DNA of 64,000 nucleotides from assembly GCA_038134595.1 (NCBI GenBank), contig JAYPVM010000005.1:32001-96000 (forward strand), written 5' to 3'. Positions 50,359 to 60,277 of the stretch are shown here, in pieces. Position 1 is the first letter of the stretch, and each line of letters begins with the position of its first letter. The notes beneath the pieces were generated by a model. The model was not told the DNA's origin. It was given only the letters and a program-made list of their open reading frames with translations, and ran no database searches. Position numbers and translations under genes: made by a program. The stretch is from Pseudomonadota bacterium. GTDB lineage: Bacteria; Bdellovibrionota_C; UBA2361; OMII01.

Positions 50359-52422
50359 ATGAACCTACCGCGTTCCATCTCTCGGATTCTTATAGCAAAT
50401 AGGGGTGAGATCGCCTCGCGCATCATACGAACCTGTCGAGAGCTTCGGATAGAATCCGTAGCTGTCTACTCAGATATTGATCGACACATGCCCTTTGTTT
50501 CAGATGCTGACATTGCTATCCCGCTCGGTGGAACATCGCAATATCTATCTGGTGAAGCAATCGTACGTGCCTGTATAGAATCGGGGATCGATGCGGTTCA
50601 TCCTGGCTATGGATTCCTATCTGAAGATCCCTCGTTTCCTGAGCTTTTGGAAAAAAATAAAATTAGATTTATCGGCCCATCTGCCAAAAACATCAGAGAC
50701 CTAGGCAACAAGGTCAACGCGAAGAACATTGCTAAACGCGCCAACGTCCCGACTTCTCCCACGCTCCTGCTGCAAGATACACGCAAATCCATAGTCGAAG
50801 GGAAGCTGAAAGCCTTTTTAGAACAGACGTCATACCCGCTCCTCATCAAAGCCGCTGCCGGTGGCGGTGGTCGTGGAATGCGCGTCGTTCACCAACATAG
50901 TGATATTCACAATCTACTCGAAAGCGCCTCTAGAGAGGCGGCAAAGAGTTTTGGAGATGGTGCAGTTTTCATAGAAAAATTCATATCCGAGGCCCGTCAT
51001 ATCGAAGTGCAAATTGCAGGAGATATTACTGGGCGCGTAATAGCCCTCGGCACGCGGGATTGCACAGTACAACGAAACAATCAAAAGATAATCGAAGAAG
51101 CACCCGCTACGAATCTACTTCCAGGGATAGAGGCTGCTTTGTGCGATGCGGCGTGTAGGCTTGCTGAAGCTGTGGAATATAAAAACATAGGCACTGTCGA
51201 ATTCTTATATAACGACGATGGATCGTTTTACTTTCTTGAGGTAAATACACGCCTTCAAGTTGAACATCCAGTAACAGAGTTGGTGACCGGTGTCGATTTG
51301 GTAGCGCTACAAATCCATTTAGCGCAGGGCGGCACCCTCACAGAGTTAGGCTTTCAGGAGAAATTTGCATCGGTTAACGGGCACGCCATCGAAGCTCGTA
51401 TCTGCGCTGAAACATTCGATGGAGCATTTCATCCCAGCACCGGTACTATCGTAGCGATGACATTACCGGCATCATCCGATCAACAAAACAACCCGGTTCG
51501 AACTGACTTTGGATATCAGCCATGCTGTAAAGTAAGTCACCACTACGACTCTCTACTAGGAAAGTTGATTACGCACGGCCCCGACCGATTATCTACCATC
51601 GAAACACTTGAGCATTCATTAGCAGACCTGACGGTATCCGGCGTTGAAACCAATAAGACCCTTCTGCATAGTATTATCACTAACAATAAGTTTCTCGCCC
51701 AAAAGCACTCAATACACGACTCGGATAATTTATTCCCATCCAAAAAAGATCTTCAGTTTCTTCATTTTTTGTCAGCCGCCGCTCACGCAGTTTCAAGAAT
51801 TCTTCTGACTAGAGCGCCGCAGCAAAACGACAGGGTTTGGTACAGTTCCTCACCGTGGGTCCGTTCTCCATCACACAACCTAGTCAGCTATCCATCCTTG
51901 AGTCTTATAAATAATGTACTTCATGAAGCATTCGTACAGTTAGAATCTCCAGATCTATTTCATATCTCGCAGTCGCTACCAGACTCCGACACAATTTCAC
52001 TTCGGGTGAATAAATCAGCTTTTATAAATAGTAACACGTTCTTTATGGCGTGCACGTTAGACACCGGCAAGACCCTTACAGCAAACATCGTACAAGATGG
52101 CCGCGCTAATTGGGTGCACCTGCCTCAAGGCACCACTCTCGTGACCAGCGTTGATAGCTGTAGCACGCTGAACAGTAAGTTCGTTAATGGGTCGGAATCC
52201 ACAGAGATAACCTCTCCACTTCCTGCAACGGTGCTATCAATATCACCAAAAGTCGACGACATCGTTTCAGAGGGAGATACGCTCATCGTACTTGACTCGA
52301 TGAAAATGGAGCATCCGATCCGCTCGCCTCTTTCGGGCACCATCTGCTCTGTTGAAGTTGCTGTAGGCGAAGCTGTATCGGCAAAGCAAGTGCTCCTTCG
52401 GATACTAAACTCCCCTGCATAA
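50359..52422 (+). CDS. Biotin carboxylase/biotin carrier (MCC alpha-like) subunit
   Basis: ANRGEIA, HPGYGFLSE, GGGGRGMR, EVNTRLQVEHPVTE, biotin site SMKME; start set at ATG 50359. Confidence 0.93.
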   Translation: MNLPRSISRILIANRGEIASRIIRTCRELRIESVAVYSDIDRHMPFVSDADIAIPLGGTSQYLSGEAIVRACIESGIDAVHPGYGFLSEDPSFPELLEKNKIRFIGPSAKNIRDLGNKVNAKNIAKRANVPTSPTLLLQDTRKSIVEGKLKAFLEQTSYPLLIKAAAGGGGRGMRVVHQHSDIHNLLESASREAAKSFGDGAVFIEKFISEARHIEVQIAGDITGRVIALGTRDCTVQRNNQKIIEEAPATNLLPGIEAALCDAACRLAEAVEYKNIGTVEFLYNDDGSFYFLEVNTRLQVEHPVTELVTGVDLVALQIHLAQGGTLTELGFQEKFASVNGHAIEARICAETFDGAFHPSTGTIVAMTLPASSDQQNNPVRTDFGYQPCCKVSHHYDSLLGKLITHGPDRLSTIETLEHSLADLTVSGVETNKTLLHSIITNNKFLAQKHSIHDSDNLFPSKKDLQFLHFLSAAAHAVSRILLTRAPQQNDRVWYSSSPWVRSPSHNLVSYPSLSLINNVLHEAFVQLESPDLFHISQSLPDSDTISLRVNKSAFINSNTFFMACTLDTGKTLTANIVQDGRANWVHLPQGTTLVTSVDSCSTLNSKFVNGSESTEITSPLPATVLSISPKVDDIVSEGDTLIVLDSMKMEHPIRSPLSGTICSVEVAVGEAVSAKQVLLRILNSPA

Positions 52423-52463
52423 CGCTTAAATACTGAGTATTATTATTGGGCTAACCCACTTCT

Positions 52464-55400
52464 ATGCCGATTAGCTACCCGCTTTGCATAGCAGCAAGAA
52501 ACCCAGTACCATTTACACAAGCTATCATAATAGATTACAGACGGTTGCGTGTGAAATATCCATCCCCCTCGCAGAAAGAACGGCAGAGAACTTTTTTTTG
52601 GTCGGATTCCCTAGAGAGCTCTCCCGCAACTCTACCGGACGCATCGCCCTTTCCCGCCGCACCTCGACCCATACTGCTAGACTCCTCCGGCCTTTCTGGC
52701 TCCCCATCAGGAAGCATGGCGAAAAGAATTTCGATGAAGCTTAAACAGGCTCGCGATAACAATCGTCAAGCACCACTCCCATCACCAAAGACTCTTTTAA
52801 ACTTTGAGCCAGCTGTCGTCAAAATTCTAGATGCGATTTCTGATAACCGGCATATTGGACTCGTTGGAGACTACGATGTAGATGGAACGACAGCGGTTGC
52901 GCAATGGGTTAACCTCCTAACGGACGCAGGAACCCCTCATTCCTACTGGGTCCCTAATCGATTTAGCGATGGCTACGGAATCAGTGACTCGATCGTAAAA
53001 CAAATATTGGAATCAGATTGCAAATTAGTGGTCTTGCTCGACCACGGCACCCACGCACACGCTCACATAACGGCCTTGAGAACAGGGGGAATTGATGTAG
53101 TGGTCATTGATCACCACAATGTAGGAGACAAACTGCCAGACGCTATAGTAATCAATCCACGACAGGAAGGTTGTGGATTTTTAAATGAGTTTCCATGCGC
53201 AGCGGCCCTCACCGCAATTGTATCCCGGGAAGTTGCCAGAAGAGCCGGGTTACCAGTTCCAAATCTAGCACTTGCAGGGCTTGGCACAATCGCCGATATG
53301 GTTCCGTTGCATGGGATTAATAGAATATTTGGAAAGCACGGTCTTGATTCAATTCGTAACGATCCATCTGTTGGTCTTCGTGCATTAGCACAAGCCCTCA
53401 AATTAGATTACACAAAAATTACTAGTAGTGATGTTGGATTCTTGCTGGGTCCAGCTATTAATGCATCAGGAAGATTAGACGATGCCACCATCGTGGTGAA
53501 GTTATTAACCTGCCACGACCAAACAAAAGCCCTTGACTACGCCACAACCCTTGTCGACCGAAACAACGCCCGTAAGACTATCCAACGCACTTCCGTCACT
53601 AACGTGCTCAATGAGCTTAAGCTAGCACACAAGGCACTCCCTAACGTTCTGGTGTCCTTTAACGAGAACCACCATCAGGGTGTAGTCGGACTATTAGCTG
53701 CTGGGCTCGCAAATCGGTATTGCAGGCCGGCATTTGCTTTCGCACGAACTAACGACCGTCACCTCAGCGGCTCAGCCCGCGCTGGCCATCCCTCTATCGA
53801 TCTCTATGAGGTACTAAAATTATGTGCCGAGCAGAATCCGACGCTACTAGTAAAATGGGGAGGCCACAAAGCAGCAGCCGGTCTGTCAATCAAAGAAGAG
53901 GACCTATCGGTATTTGAAGGAGCTGTCGCCAGGGCATATCAGGAGCTCTATCCATCCCCGATAACGCAATTCGAAGTGACCGCCGATATAGAGCTCGCAC
54001 TTGCAGATATCACTCCAAATCTTATGTCTCAAATTGAAGGTGAGCTTGAGCCATTTGGTCAGAATTTCTCTCCACCAAATATTCTAATTAGAGATCTACA
54101 GGTTCTTGACGTTACTGCCCTCGAAGGGAGTCGGGCCAGGCTTCGAGTTAAGCAAGGTTCTTTGATCAGCCCAGCATTCATCGGTGTTGAACTGTGGAAT
54201 AACGATGTCAAGCCTGGAGATCGCATAACGTTAGTAGCAACACCTGCGCAATTTTTTGATAAGACAAAAGCTCTCATACAACTCTCCGTTTCTGCGTATC
54301 GCATCGAACATGCGGCCTTTCCTGGCACTATCGATCTTCAACTAACACAAGGTGCCCAACAGGAGGAAACAACTCCATTAGATAGGCGCTCGACGACCAC
54401 TCCATCGAAAATGCTCGTATTAAATCAGACTCTAGCTAAGACACTTGGGAATTTCGACACCAGGCCACTCTACTCTAACCTCCATGATAAAATTGAAGAC
54501 CCATTTGAGAGCGCGAAATCAGCACAGTTTTGGGATCGTGCTTGGGCTGAGCTCAAATCCAAATACGAATTATCTTTCAATCATGAGGGTATGACATATC
54601 GGCATGCGCAGGTTGAATTTGTTCAATTTTTCTTTGATATGGGCACTAATCAAATTCTTCAGGCGCCGACCGGAAGTGGCAAAACTGAGATCGCGCTAAT
54701 GATAGCATCTCACTACATCCACAGCGGCGGTCGAGTAATCTTTACCGCGCCGACAAAGGAAATCGTCCATCAAACAGCCTCTCGAGCACACGCCATTCTA
54801 GGGAGTCAACCCGCCGACTTCTGTCTAAGTGCAATGACTCCTAAGAAGCGGGCGCAACAGTACAAGGAGCCCCCAGGAAATCGATTATATGTGGGGACGC
54901 CTCATGTCTTCGCTAATGACATCAAGAGCGGGACGTTTAGTTTCTCAACGAAAGACCTGCTGATTATAGATGAAGCACACCACACAACAGGCAACTATCC
55001 TTCAGTGGAACTACTAGAAGCCGCTCGTAAGGCTGGTGCTCGCATGTTATTAGTCTCAGCTACTCCCGCCCAAGCAGTATCAAAAGAAAGGTGGAAGAAT
55101 CTCATCAGCCTAAAGCAAAAAGCCGGTGTCGACTATATTTTTCCGTTAAACGAGCTCCCACATTCATTGACCGTTCGACCGAAATACCTAGAAATCACGC
55201 CAAATATTGAGGCCGCCGCCATTCATCTCCATCGGCACGCGCGAATTCTTAAGGCTCGTCTTCTCTCTGACTGTGAGTATTATGGGCTAAGCGATGCAAA
55301 AAAGCTAATTCAAGCGCTCCTCCCTGAGGCTACGCCGAAAGGCCATCTTCAACTCCCCTCTGCTAATGAGATCAGAGAGATTCGCAACTCTATGACAAAA

Positions 55401-56414
55401 TACAGGTCGTATGAACGTGCCGACGTGTTTTCGGGGCTACTCGAGCTTGAGGAACTCTCAAGACTTCATCGCTCACTTACGCACCGCGGAATTTCGGGCT
55501 TCATTACTAACTGTCTGGAAGGTCGGGCAAGAATCCTGTATCCAACATCATTAGCGCGGGGATCCAATCCATATAAAACCTTCGCGCCACCCCGCTATCT
55601 AAAAGCACTGTACACATCAGAGCACGTTCGCAAGGCTTACTCCCTGATTGCTCCCTCTCACTTTGTCAGGTCGCTCTGGCATCTCAAAGACTCTAAGACT
55701 ATCGACCCAATCGACCCGCGAATTTTAGACCCTAAGCTCAATAAGCGCGAACGGACACAATTACACAATGAGTACGTCATTCGATTAAAGCGGACACTTT
55801 TTGAGCATCTCATTCCTCTTGAATATATAGACCACCCCAAGGAGCGGTACATAATCTCCGAGCTTCGATGGCATCGCCAAAAAACCTTCATCTCGGTCGA
55901 AGAGCGGGAGCATGCTATTTTCCTCAGTCGCAGAATAAACCACCGCTTAAGTACAAACGGAACTCAAGCTGTATGCCTAACAGGTCCCCTTCAAGGGAGC
56001 AAACTCGGAATCTCAAAGGCCGAACGAGAGGCGAGTTTAATCGAATTTGCCTCTGGCGACGCTTCCGTACTCATTGGCACGAGCGCATCAAACGAAGGTG
56101 TTGATATTCGTGCCGATTATGGCTACGCATGGAACTTTGATGGCTCCGCTACCAGAGCAAAGCAGAAGGAAGGTCGTGTGGGTCGACACAGTCGAGGCCC
56201 AGCAAAATTCGAATATCTATGTTCATGCCCAACCGATTACTGGAAGCTTGAGCGGATCATCAAAAAAATGATTGCTTTTCACATCATGTTAAACGAACAG
56301 CGAAATCTCGTCCGAGATATTATCTTTGCGAAACAGGTCGCCAACGGAGCACCTCCTAATGATACTGGAGAACAAAACATTAATCCGATTCCAGCTCCCG
56401 GAATGCTCTTCTAG
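52464..56414 (+). CDS. RecJ (DHH/DHHA1) exonuclease fused to a Hef/FANCM-like SF2 helicase
   Basis: RecJ: GDYDVDG, PNRFSDGYG, IDHH, GTIADMV, INASGRL, GSAR, GGHKAAAG, LEPFG. Helicase: APTGSGKT, APTKE, IDEAHHTTGNY, SATP, EGVDI, QKEGRVGR. One frame; start could be 52551 or 52716. Confidence 0.9.
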   Translation: MPISYPLCIAARNPVPFTQAIIIDYRRLRVKYPSPSQKERQRTFFWSDSLESSPATLPDASPFPAAPRPILLDSSGLSGSPSGSMAKRISMKLKQARDNNRQAPLPSPKTLLNFEPAVVKILDAISDNRHIGLVGDYDVDGTTAVAQWVNLLTDAGTPHSYWVPNRFSDGYGISDSIVKQILESDCKLVVLLDHGTHAHAHITALRTGGIDVVVIDHHNVGDKLPDAIVINPRQEGCGFLNEFPCAAALTAIVSREVARRAGLPVPNLALAGLGTIADMVPLHGINRIFGKHGLDSIRNDPSVGLRALAQALKLDYTKITSSDVGFLLGPAINASGRLDDATIVVKLLTCHDQTKALDYATTLVDRNNARKTIQRTSVTNVLNELKLAHKALPNVLVSFNENHHQGVVGLLAAGLANRYCRPAFAFARTNDRHLSGSARAGHPSIDLYEVLKLCAEQNPTLLVKWGGHKAAAGLSIKEEDLSVFEGAVARAYQELYPSPITQFEVTADIELALADITPNLMSQIEGELEPFGQNFSPPNILIRDLQVLDVTALEGSRARLRVKQGSLISPAFIGVELWNNDVKPGDRITLVATPAQFFDKTKALIQLSVSAYRIEHAAFPGTIDLQLTQGAQQEETTPLDRRSTTTPSKMLVLNQTLAKTLGNFDTRPLYSNLHDKIEDPFESAKSAQFWDRAWAELKSKYELSFNHEGMTYRHAQVEFVQFFFDMGTNQILQAPTGSGKTEIALMIASHYIHSGGRVIFTAPTKEIVHQTASRAHAILGSQPADFCLSAMTPKKRAQQYKEPPGNRLYVGTPHVFANDIKSGTFSFSTKDLLIIDEAHHTTGNYPSVELLEAARKAGARMLLVSATPAQAVSKERWKNLISLKQKAGVDYIFPLNELPHSLTVRPKYLEITPNIEAAAIHLHRHARILKARLLSDCEYYGLSDAKKLIQALLPEATPKGHLQLPSANEIREIRNSMTKYRSYERADVFSGLLELEELSRLHRSLTHRGISGFITNCLEGRARILYPTSLARGSNPYKTFAPPRYLKALYTSEHVRKAYSLIAPSHFVRSLWHLKDSKTIDPIDPRILDPKLNKRERTQLHNEYVIRLKRTLFEHLIPLEYIDHPKERYIISELRWHRQKTFISVEEREHAIFLSRRINHRLSTNGTQAVCLTGPLQGSKLGISKAEREASLIEFASGDASVLIGTSASNEGVDIRADYGYAWNFDGSATRAKQKEGRVGRHSRGPAKFEYLCSCPTDYWKLERIIKKMIAFHIMLNEQRNLVRDIIFAKQVANGAPPNDTGEQNINPIPAPGMLF

Positions 56415-56458
56415 GGTTTTGCTAACTATCGACCACGCCATTGCCGAGACCGCTATTC

Positions 56459-56908
56459 TCACTGATAGTCTGTACGAGCTGTATTTGATGAATGGGAATC
56501 ATTAGAAAGATCTGCTAGTAGTCTTATCACCCGCGCGTTAAATTCTCTTTGATACGCGAAGGAAGGACCTAGAAGTGCTACGACGAGCCTCAACAGTATT
56601 TTTTTTACACCGACGATAATTGGTCCGACAAAACGTCGATGAGATTCAATCGGTCGGTCTTGAACACCTTGGCCGTACAACCGACACAGATCGCGTATTA
56701 ACTCTATTCTCTCAGGGCTGGCATCAAAACCGTCACGAGCAAGCGAGGTCGAAAATGCTTTTACCCGCAACTCCTCTCCAATCGGCATTAAACCTTTTGA
56801 TATATCCATATCAACCGCCGCCCGCGCGATTACCGCAGCCTCCGCGTCGGATTGTCCCGCCACCACTATCCAGCTCTCAGCTGTATTATCACTTTCAACT
56901 TTACTCAT
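56459..56908 (-). CDS. Hypothetical protein with an ISHR...GP...FN amphipathic motif
   Basis: IESHRRFVGPIIVGVKK...QREFNARV; start set at ATG 56908. Confidence 0.65.
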   Translation of the reverse strand: MSKVESDNTAESWIVVAGQSDAEAAVIARAAVDMDISKGLMPIGEELRVKAFSTSLARDGFDASPERIELIRDLCRLYGQGVQDRPIESHRRFVGPIIVGVKKILLRLVVALLGPSFAYQREFNARVIRLLADLSNDSHSSNTARTDYQ

Positions 56909-56919
56909 CGCCTGAAACT

Positions 56920-57855
56920 CTACCACAAAAACTTATGCCGATGAAGCTCTACATGGCGAAGTTTATAGAAGCTATCTCGAGGGGTTATGGAGCCACTATC
57001 CATTCCCGCCACAATTGACACAACAATAGCGACACCCTTCAAAAAGGAACGGCTAAATTCAAAAAGGTTTCCTCCGCAGAATCCAACCTCGCCACGCAAT
57101 ACCGCAGGCATCTCATCCCAACCGGGCAGAACCTCCAACTCTGGCAGCACCTGCACTGACTCAACAAGATCTTTATGCTGAGGCGATAGAATTAGAACAT
57201 CCGGCCTGGCACTGACTAACTCCTCCCACTCGATCTTCCCTGCAAATACTTTTCCATCTTCATGCTTCAGAGGCTTGGCTCCCAGTAACTCGACAATATC
57301 GGCTACCCACTGTGGGGCCACACAGAAAGGATTCACTCCGGTGAGAGCAATACACCGCTTTCCTTTGCACCTATCAAAAAACAGATGTCCCCATTGCATA
57401 ATTTGAGTTTGCATCCTTGAGACAGTACTCCTCGCCTCCGCGCCAAAACCTGAGCTCCGACCAACGAGCTCTATTGTCTCATAGAGGTCTGTAAGTCTGT
57501 GGGCCTGTACGTGCCGTATCTGCACCGTGAGCCCGTAGCGGGCTTCTAAGTAACTCTCTGCCCACGGAATGAAAATAGCGGGGTCCTCACCCTCAACCGT
57601 TGTGAAGACAAGCGTCGGATTAAGAGCCACAAGCCCTTGGATATTCACGCCCGACCGAACAATAGCACGCTGAAACCGATCTCCATCCTGCCCCTCAGAC
57701 CCGACAGATGTCTCTTTATTGCCGACAATCGGTATACCTAATCGCTTTCCGACGATGCACTCATTTGAGATTCCACACAGTTTCTCCACGAGGCCGTAGC
57801 CAATGAGGATATCGGTAACAATCGGCAGCAAAGAGATTATCCGCACAGAAAGCAT
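56920..57855 (-). CDS. BtuF/TroA-like helical-backbone binding protein, no signal peptide
   Basis: RIISLLP...GISNEC, ALNPTLV, WVADIVELLG, ARPDVLILSP, W..MPAVLRGEV. Confidence 0.75.
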   Translation of the reverse strand: MLSVRIISLLPIVTDILIGYGLVEKLCGISNECIVGKRLGIPIVGNKETSVGSEGQDGDRFQRAIVRSGVNIQGLVALNPTLVFTTVEGEDPAIFIPWAESYLEARYGLTVQIRHVQAHRLTDLYETIELVGRSSGFGAEARSTVSRMQTQIMQWGHLFFDRCKGKRCIALTGVNPFCVAPQWVADIVELLGAKPLKHEDGKVFAGKIEWEELVSARPDVLILSPQHKDLVESVQVLPELEVLPGWDEMPAVLRGEVGFCGGNLFEFSRSFLKGVAIVVSIVAGMDSGSITPRDSFYKLRHVELHRHKFLW

Positions 57856-58140
57856 CCTCTTGTCACATTAAATAGCGTAACAGGTTCTGTGGACATCAAA
57901 ATCTACGCCCTAGTCTGCACACTATTATTATCAGGCACACGGCCAACATAACTCCGACCGACCAATATGCTACCTACTAGTATACTAGCAAATCCTTAGT
58001 CAGCAATTACTCCTTACGGAGATCGCAGCACGACCTTAATTTCTTTTAATTAGACTTAAAAATTACTATTGACTCTAATGGCTTAGCGTTTCACTGTAGT
58101 GGTACATTCGATGTTACTGTAAACAAAAAAGTAGAGCGCC

Positions 58141-58914
58141 ATGCGAATCCCCGAAACGAGCATTTCTATATATCGATCCACCTGGAGTTATCTTACCTGC
58201 CTGATTCTCGCAAGTCTTTGCTTGGGGTGCGCGGCTCGACATGCAACATTTTCGTCCGTAACGGAAAAAGGCTTTCTTCCCGTCAGCGGAACAAATCCGT
58301 TCATGGGGGCAAATCTATTTTTGGCCCATGAAATGGAGGAGAGCAACTATCTCTATAATTTCCTTCGAAAGGAGGGATCTCCTCGAGCGATCAGAGTAAG
58401 TGGACACACTCCCTCATCTTCACTACTCGAACTCTATTACGTGAATCAACTAACGCTATACCGAGCGACCCCCCAAATAGATCTTGTGTTGGGGACTCGG
58501 GAGTGGATGATCGAAGGTCCGTATCCAATTGACAGGCAGACCTACCAGAAAGTCCATCCCTTAAAAGGCGACAGTCGTGGCGGGCTTTTCGAAATATTTG
58601 GTAAGCGTGAACTCTTAGACGGGCATTTTCATCCCTCCCCAACAAGAGCTATTAGTCCTGTATTTGTTCCCACCCCAAAGCCTCCAAAGCGCAAAGCCTC
58701 CAAAAGAGTAAAGAAAAAAACAATCCCTCAAGAGAAACTCGAAGCGACTTCCTCCTCAGCTCAAATCACAGGAACTCCAACGAACTTTGATCAACAAGCG
58801 CTCTTTGAGGCAAGAAAACGCATGACTCCCACCGCCGACGACAATCAGACACAGAAAACCAAAGCTTTGGAATCCGCACTTCAACAAGCAGTGCAAGCGG
58901 GCCATTCTAAGTAA
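58141..58914 (+). CDS. Hypothetical lipoprotein with Pro/Lys-rich linker
   Basis: Lipobox LGC after a hydrophobic stretch; PTPKPPKRKASKRVKKK. Confidence 0.7.
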   Translation: MRIPETSISIYRSTWSYLTCLILASLCLGCAARHATFSSVTEKGFLPVSGTNPFMGANLFLAHEMEESNYLYNFLRKEGSPRAIRVSGHTPSSSLLELYYVNQLTLYRATPQIDLVLGTREWMIEGPYPIDRQTYQKVHPLKGDSRGGLFEIFGKRELLDGHFHPSPTRAISPVFVPTPKPPKRKASKRVKKKTIPQEKLEATSSSAQITGTPTNFDQQALFEARKRMTPTADDNQTQKTKALESALQQAVQAGHSK

Positions 58915-59008
58915 AGATTTTGGTGCTCTATAAAAAACTGAAACACTGCCTGGGAATATAGCCGCCACAACTTGAAGCTGCATGCACCTAATTGCAAGGA
59001 TCCTCTAT

Positions 59009-59203
59009 CTATTCTGGACTAGAAGCTCGTTCAAATTCTGGGGCCACCTGCGACTCCGAGGTCGGCGGTGCTGGTGGAGGACTTGTTCGGCCCCGCGCTA
59101 TAAAATAGATTAAGACAACAATCGCTAAGAGCGCTACGACCGAAACAATTGTATTGAATGTGGCATTCTGTGTTGTTACCTCACTTGATGCTGGCCCTGT
59201 CAT
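59009..59203 (-). CDS. Small single-TM protein with Pro-rich tail
   Basis: GGGAG SD before ATG 59203; TM IVSVVALLAIVVLIYFIA; SPPPAPP. Confidence 0.6.
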   Translation of the reverse strand: MTGPASSEVTTQNATFNTIVSVVALLAIVVLIYFIARGRTSPPPAPPTSESQVAPEFERASSPE

Positions 59204-59461
59204 TACATTCTCCCCCATTGTCGATAGACAGCAATCGGAGCAATTACGTTCAATAACCACCGACCGTCTTGCCCTTTACATTAAAGTCCTCAGTGGCAAA
59301 CCATGCCGAACAAATATAGAGGACCGCCCATTACTCGCACACAAAAATAACACCGGCCCAGAAAACCCACTATGAGGGCCCTCAGCTAACTCTGCTTTCT
59401 ACATGAAATTTAGGTTGACCTCATCCAAAAACGTGAGCGCACCAATGGCAGGGGGAGCCCC

Positions 59462-59887
59462 TCAGGTATCGAACTCTTGATTATAGCGAACCATCTGCAT
59501 ACGAAACAATCTAATCGTATTAGGATCTGAAACAACACCCGCTTCTATTAAATCTCGTAATTCACCTAGGAATGTCCCTGCTGTGGCATAGTCACCCAGC
59601 GTTAGCGAGCTAACTATTAAGACCAGCATGGCTTCTGCCATATCACCCTGAGCTCTCAACGCCTGCCGTGCATGGTCCCGAGCGCGCTCCACACGACCCA
59701 GAGCGATCGCGACAACAGCCGACGCAAGCCATCCATGGGAAAAATCGGGCGCAACAGAGATAAGTCCCGATACCACACTGTCAGCCCGACGAAAATGACC
59801 TGTCTCAAGAAGCATCTTAGCAAGTCCATACATATCCTGGAGTTGCTCCTTCGAATAGGGGTTTCTCTTGGTTCGCTCTAAAGACAC
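59462..59887 (-). CDS. TPR protein, T3SS chaperone/SctY-like
   Basis: Three TPR-like repeats; GGAGG SD 7 nt before GTG at 59887; lies downstream of sctQ/sctJ-like genes. Confidence 0.65.
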   Translation of the reverse strand: MSLERTKRNPYSKEQLQDMYGLAKMLLETGHFRRADSVVSGLISVAPDFSHGWLASAVVAIALGRVERARDHARQALRAQGDMAEAMLVLIVSSLTLGDYATAGTFLGELRDLIEAGVVSDPNTIRLFRMQMVRYNQEFDT

Positions 59888-59891
59888 CCTA

Positions 59892-60131
59892 TCACCTCCC
59901 ACTATCATCCGGTTCTACGGATAGCCAGTTCAACACCTCACGCAACATCGCTCGCTCTCGTTCTAAAGACTCTAATTCAGAATCACCCGAAACGGCACGC
60001 ATTGATTTTTCCACGACTTCATGGCGGGCAAATAACGATGATACAGACCCTTCTAATCGCGCTACATTTCCTATCGCAGGCAGCATAGTCGTAACCGGAG
60101 AAAGAGAACACAAATCAAACTTACGTGCCAT
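59892..60131 (-). CDS. Small helical hypothetical protein paired with the TPR gene
   Basis: GGGAG SD; C-terminal amphipathic helix LESLERERAMLREVLNWL. Confidence 0.6.
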   Translation of the reverse strand: MARKFDLCSLSPVTTMLPAIGNVARLEGSVSSLFARHEVVEKSMRAVSGDSELESLERERAMLREVLNWLSVEPDDSGR

Positions 60132-60277
60132 ATCGACTCCCACTTATATAAGTTCTCATATAATCCCTACCCCCCCGAAAGCCTCCACAAATTTATCCAG
60201 TCGCGCACCTACGTTTTATTCCCTACGGTTTTAATTCATACATACTGGTGTTATCCTTTAAAACACCCACTACCCTA

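Noticed and set aside
57856..58140. Possible cobalamin riboswitch upstream of the BtuF-like gene
   Set aside because: No recognisable GGGAA...GCCACTG B12-box elements; region is AT-rich and promoter-like
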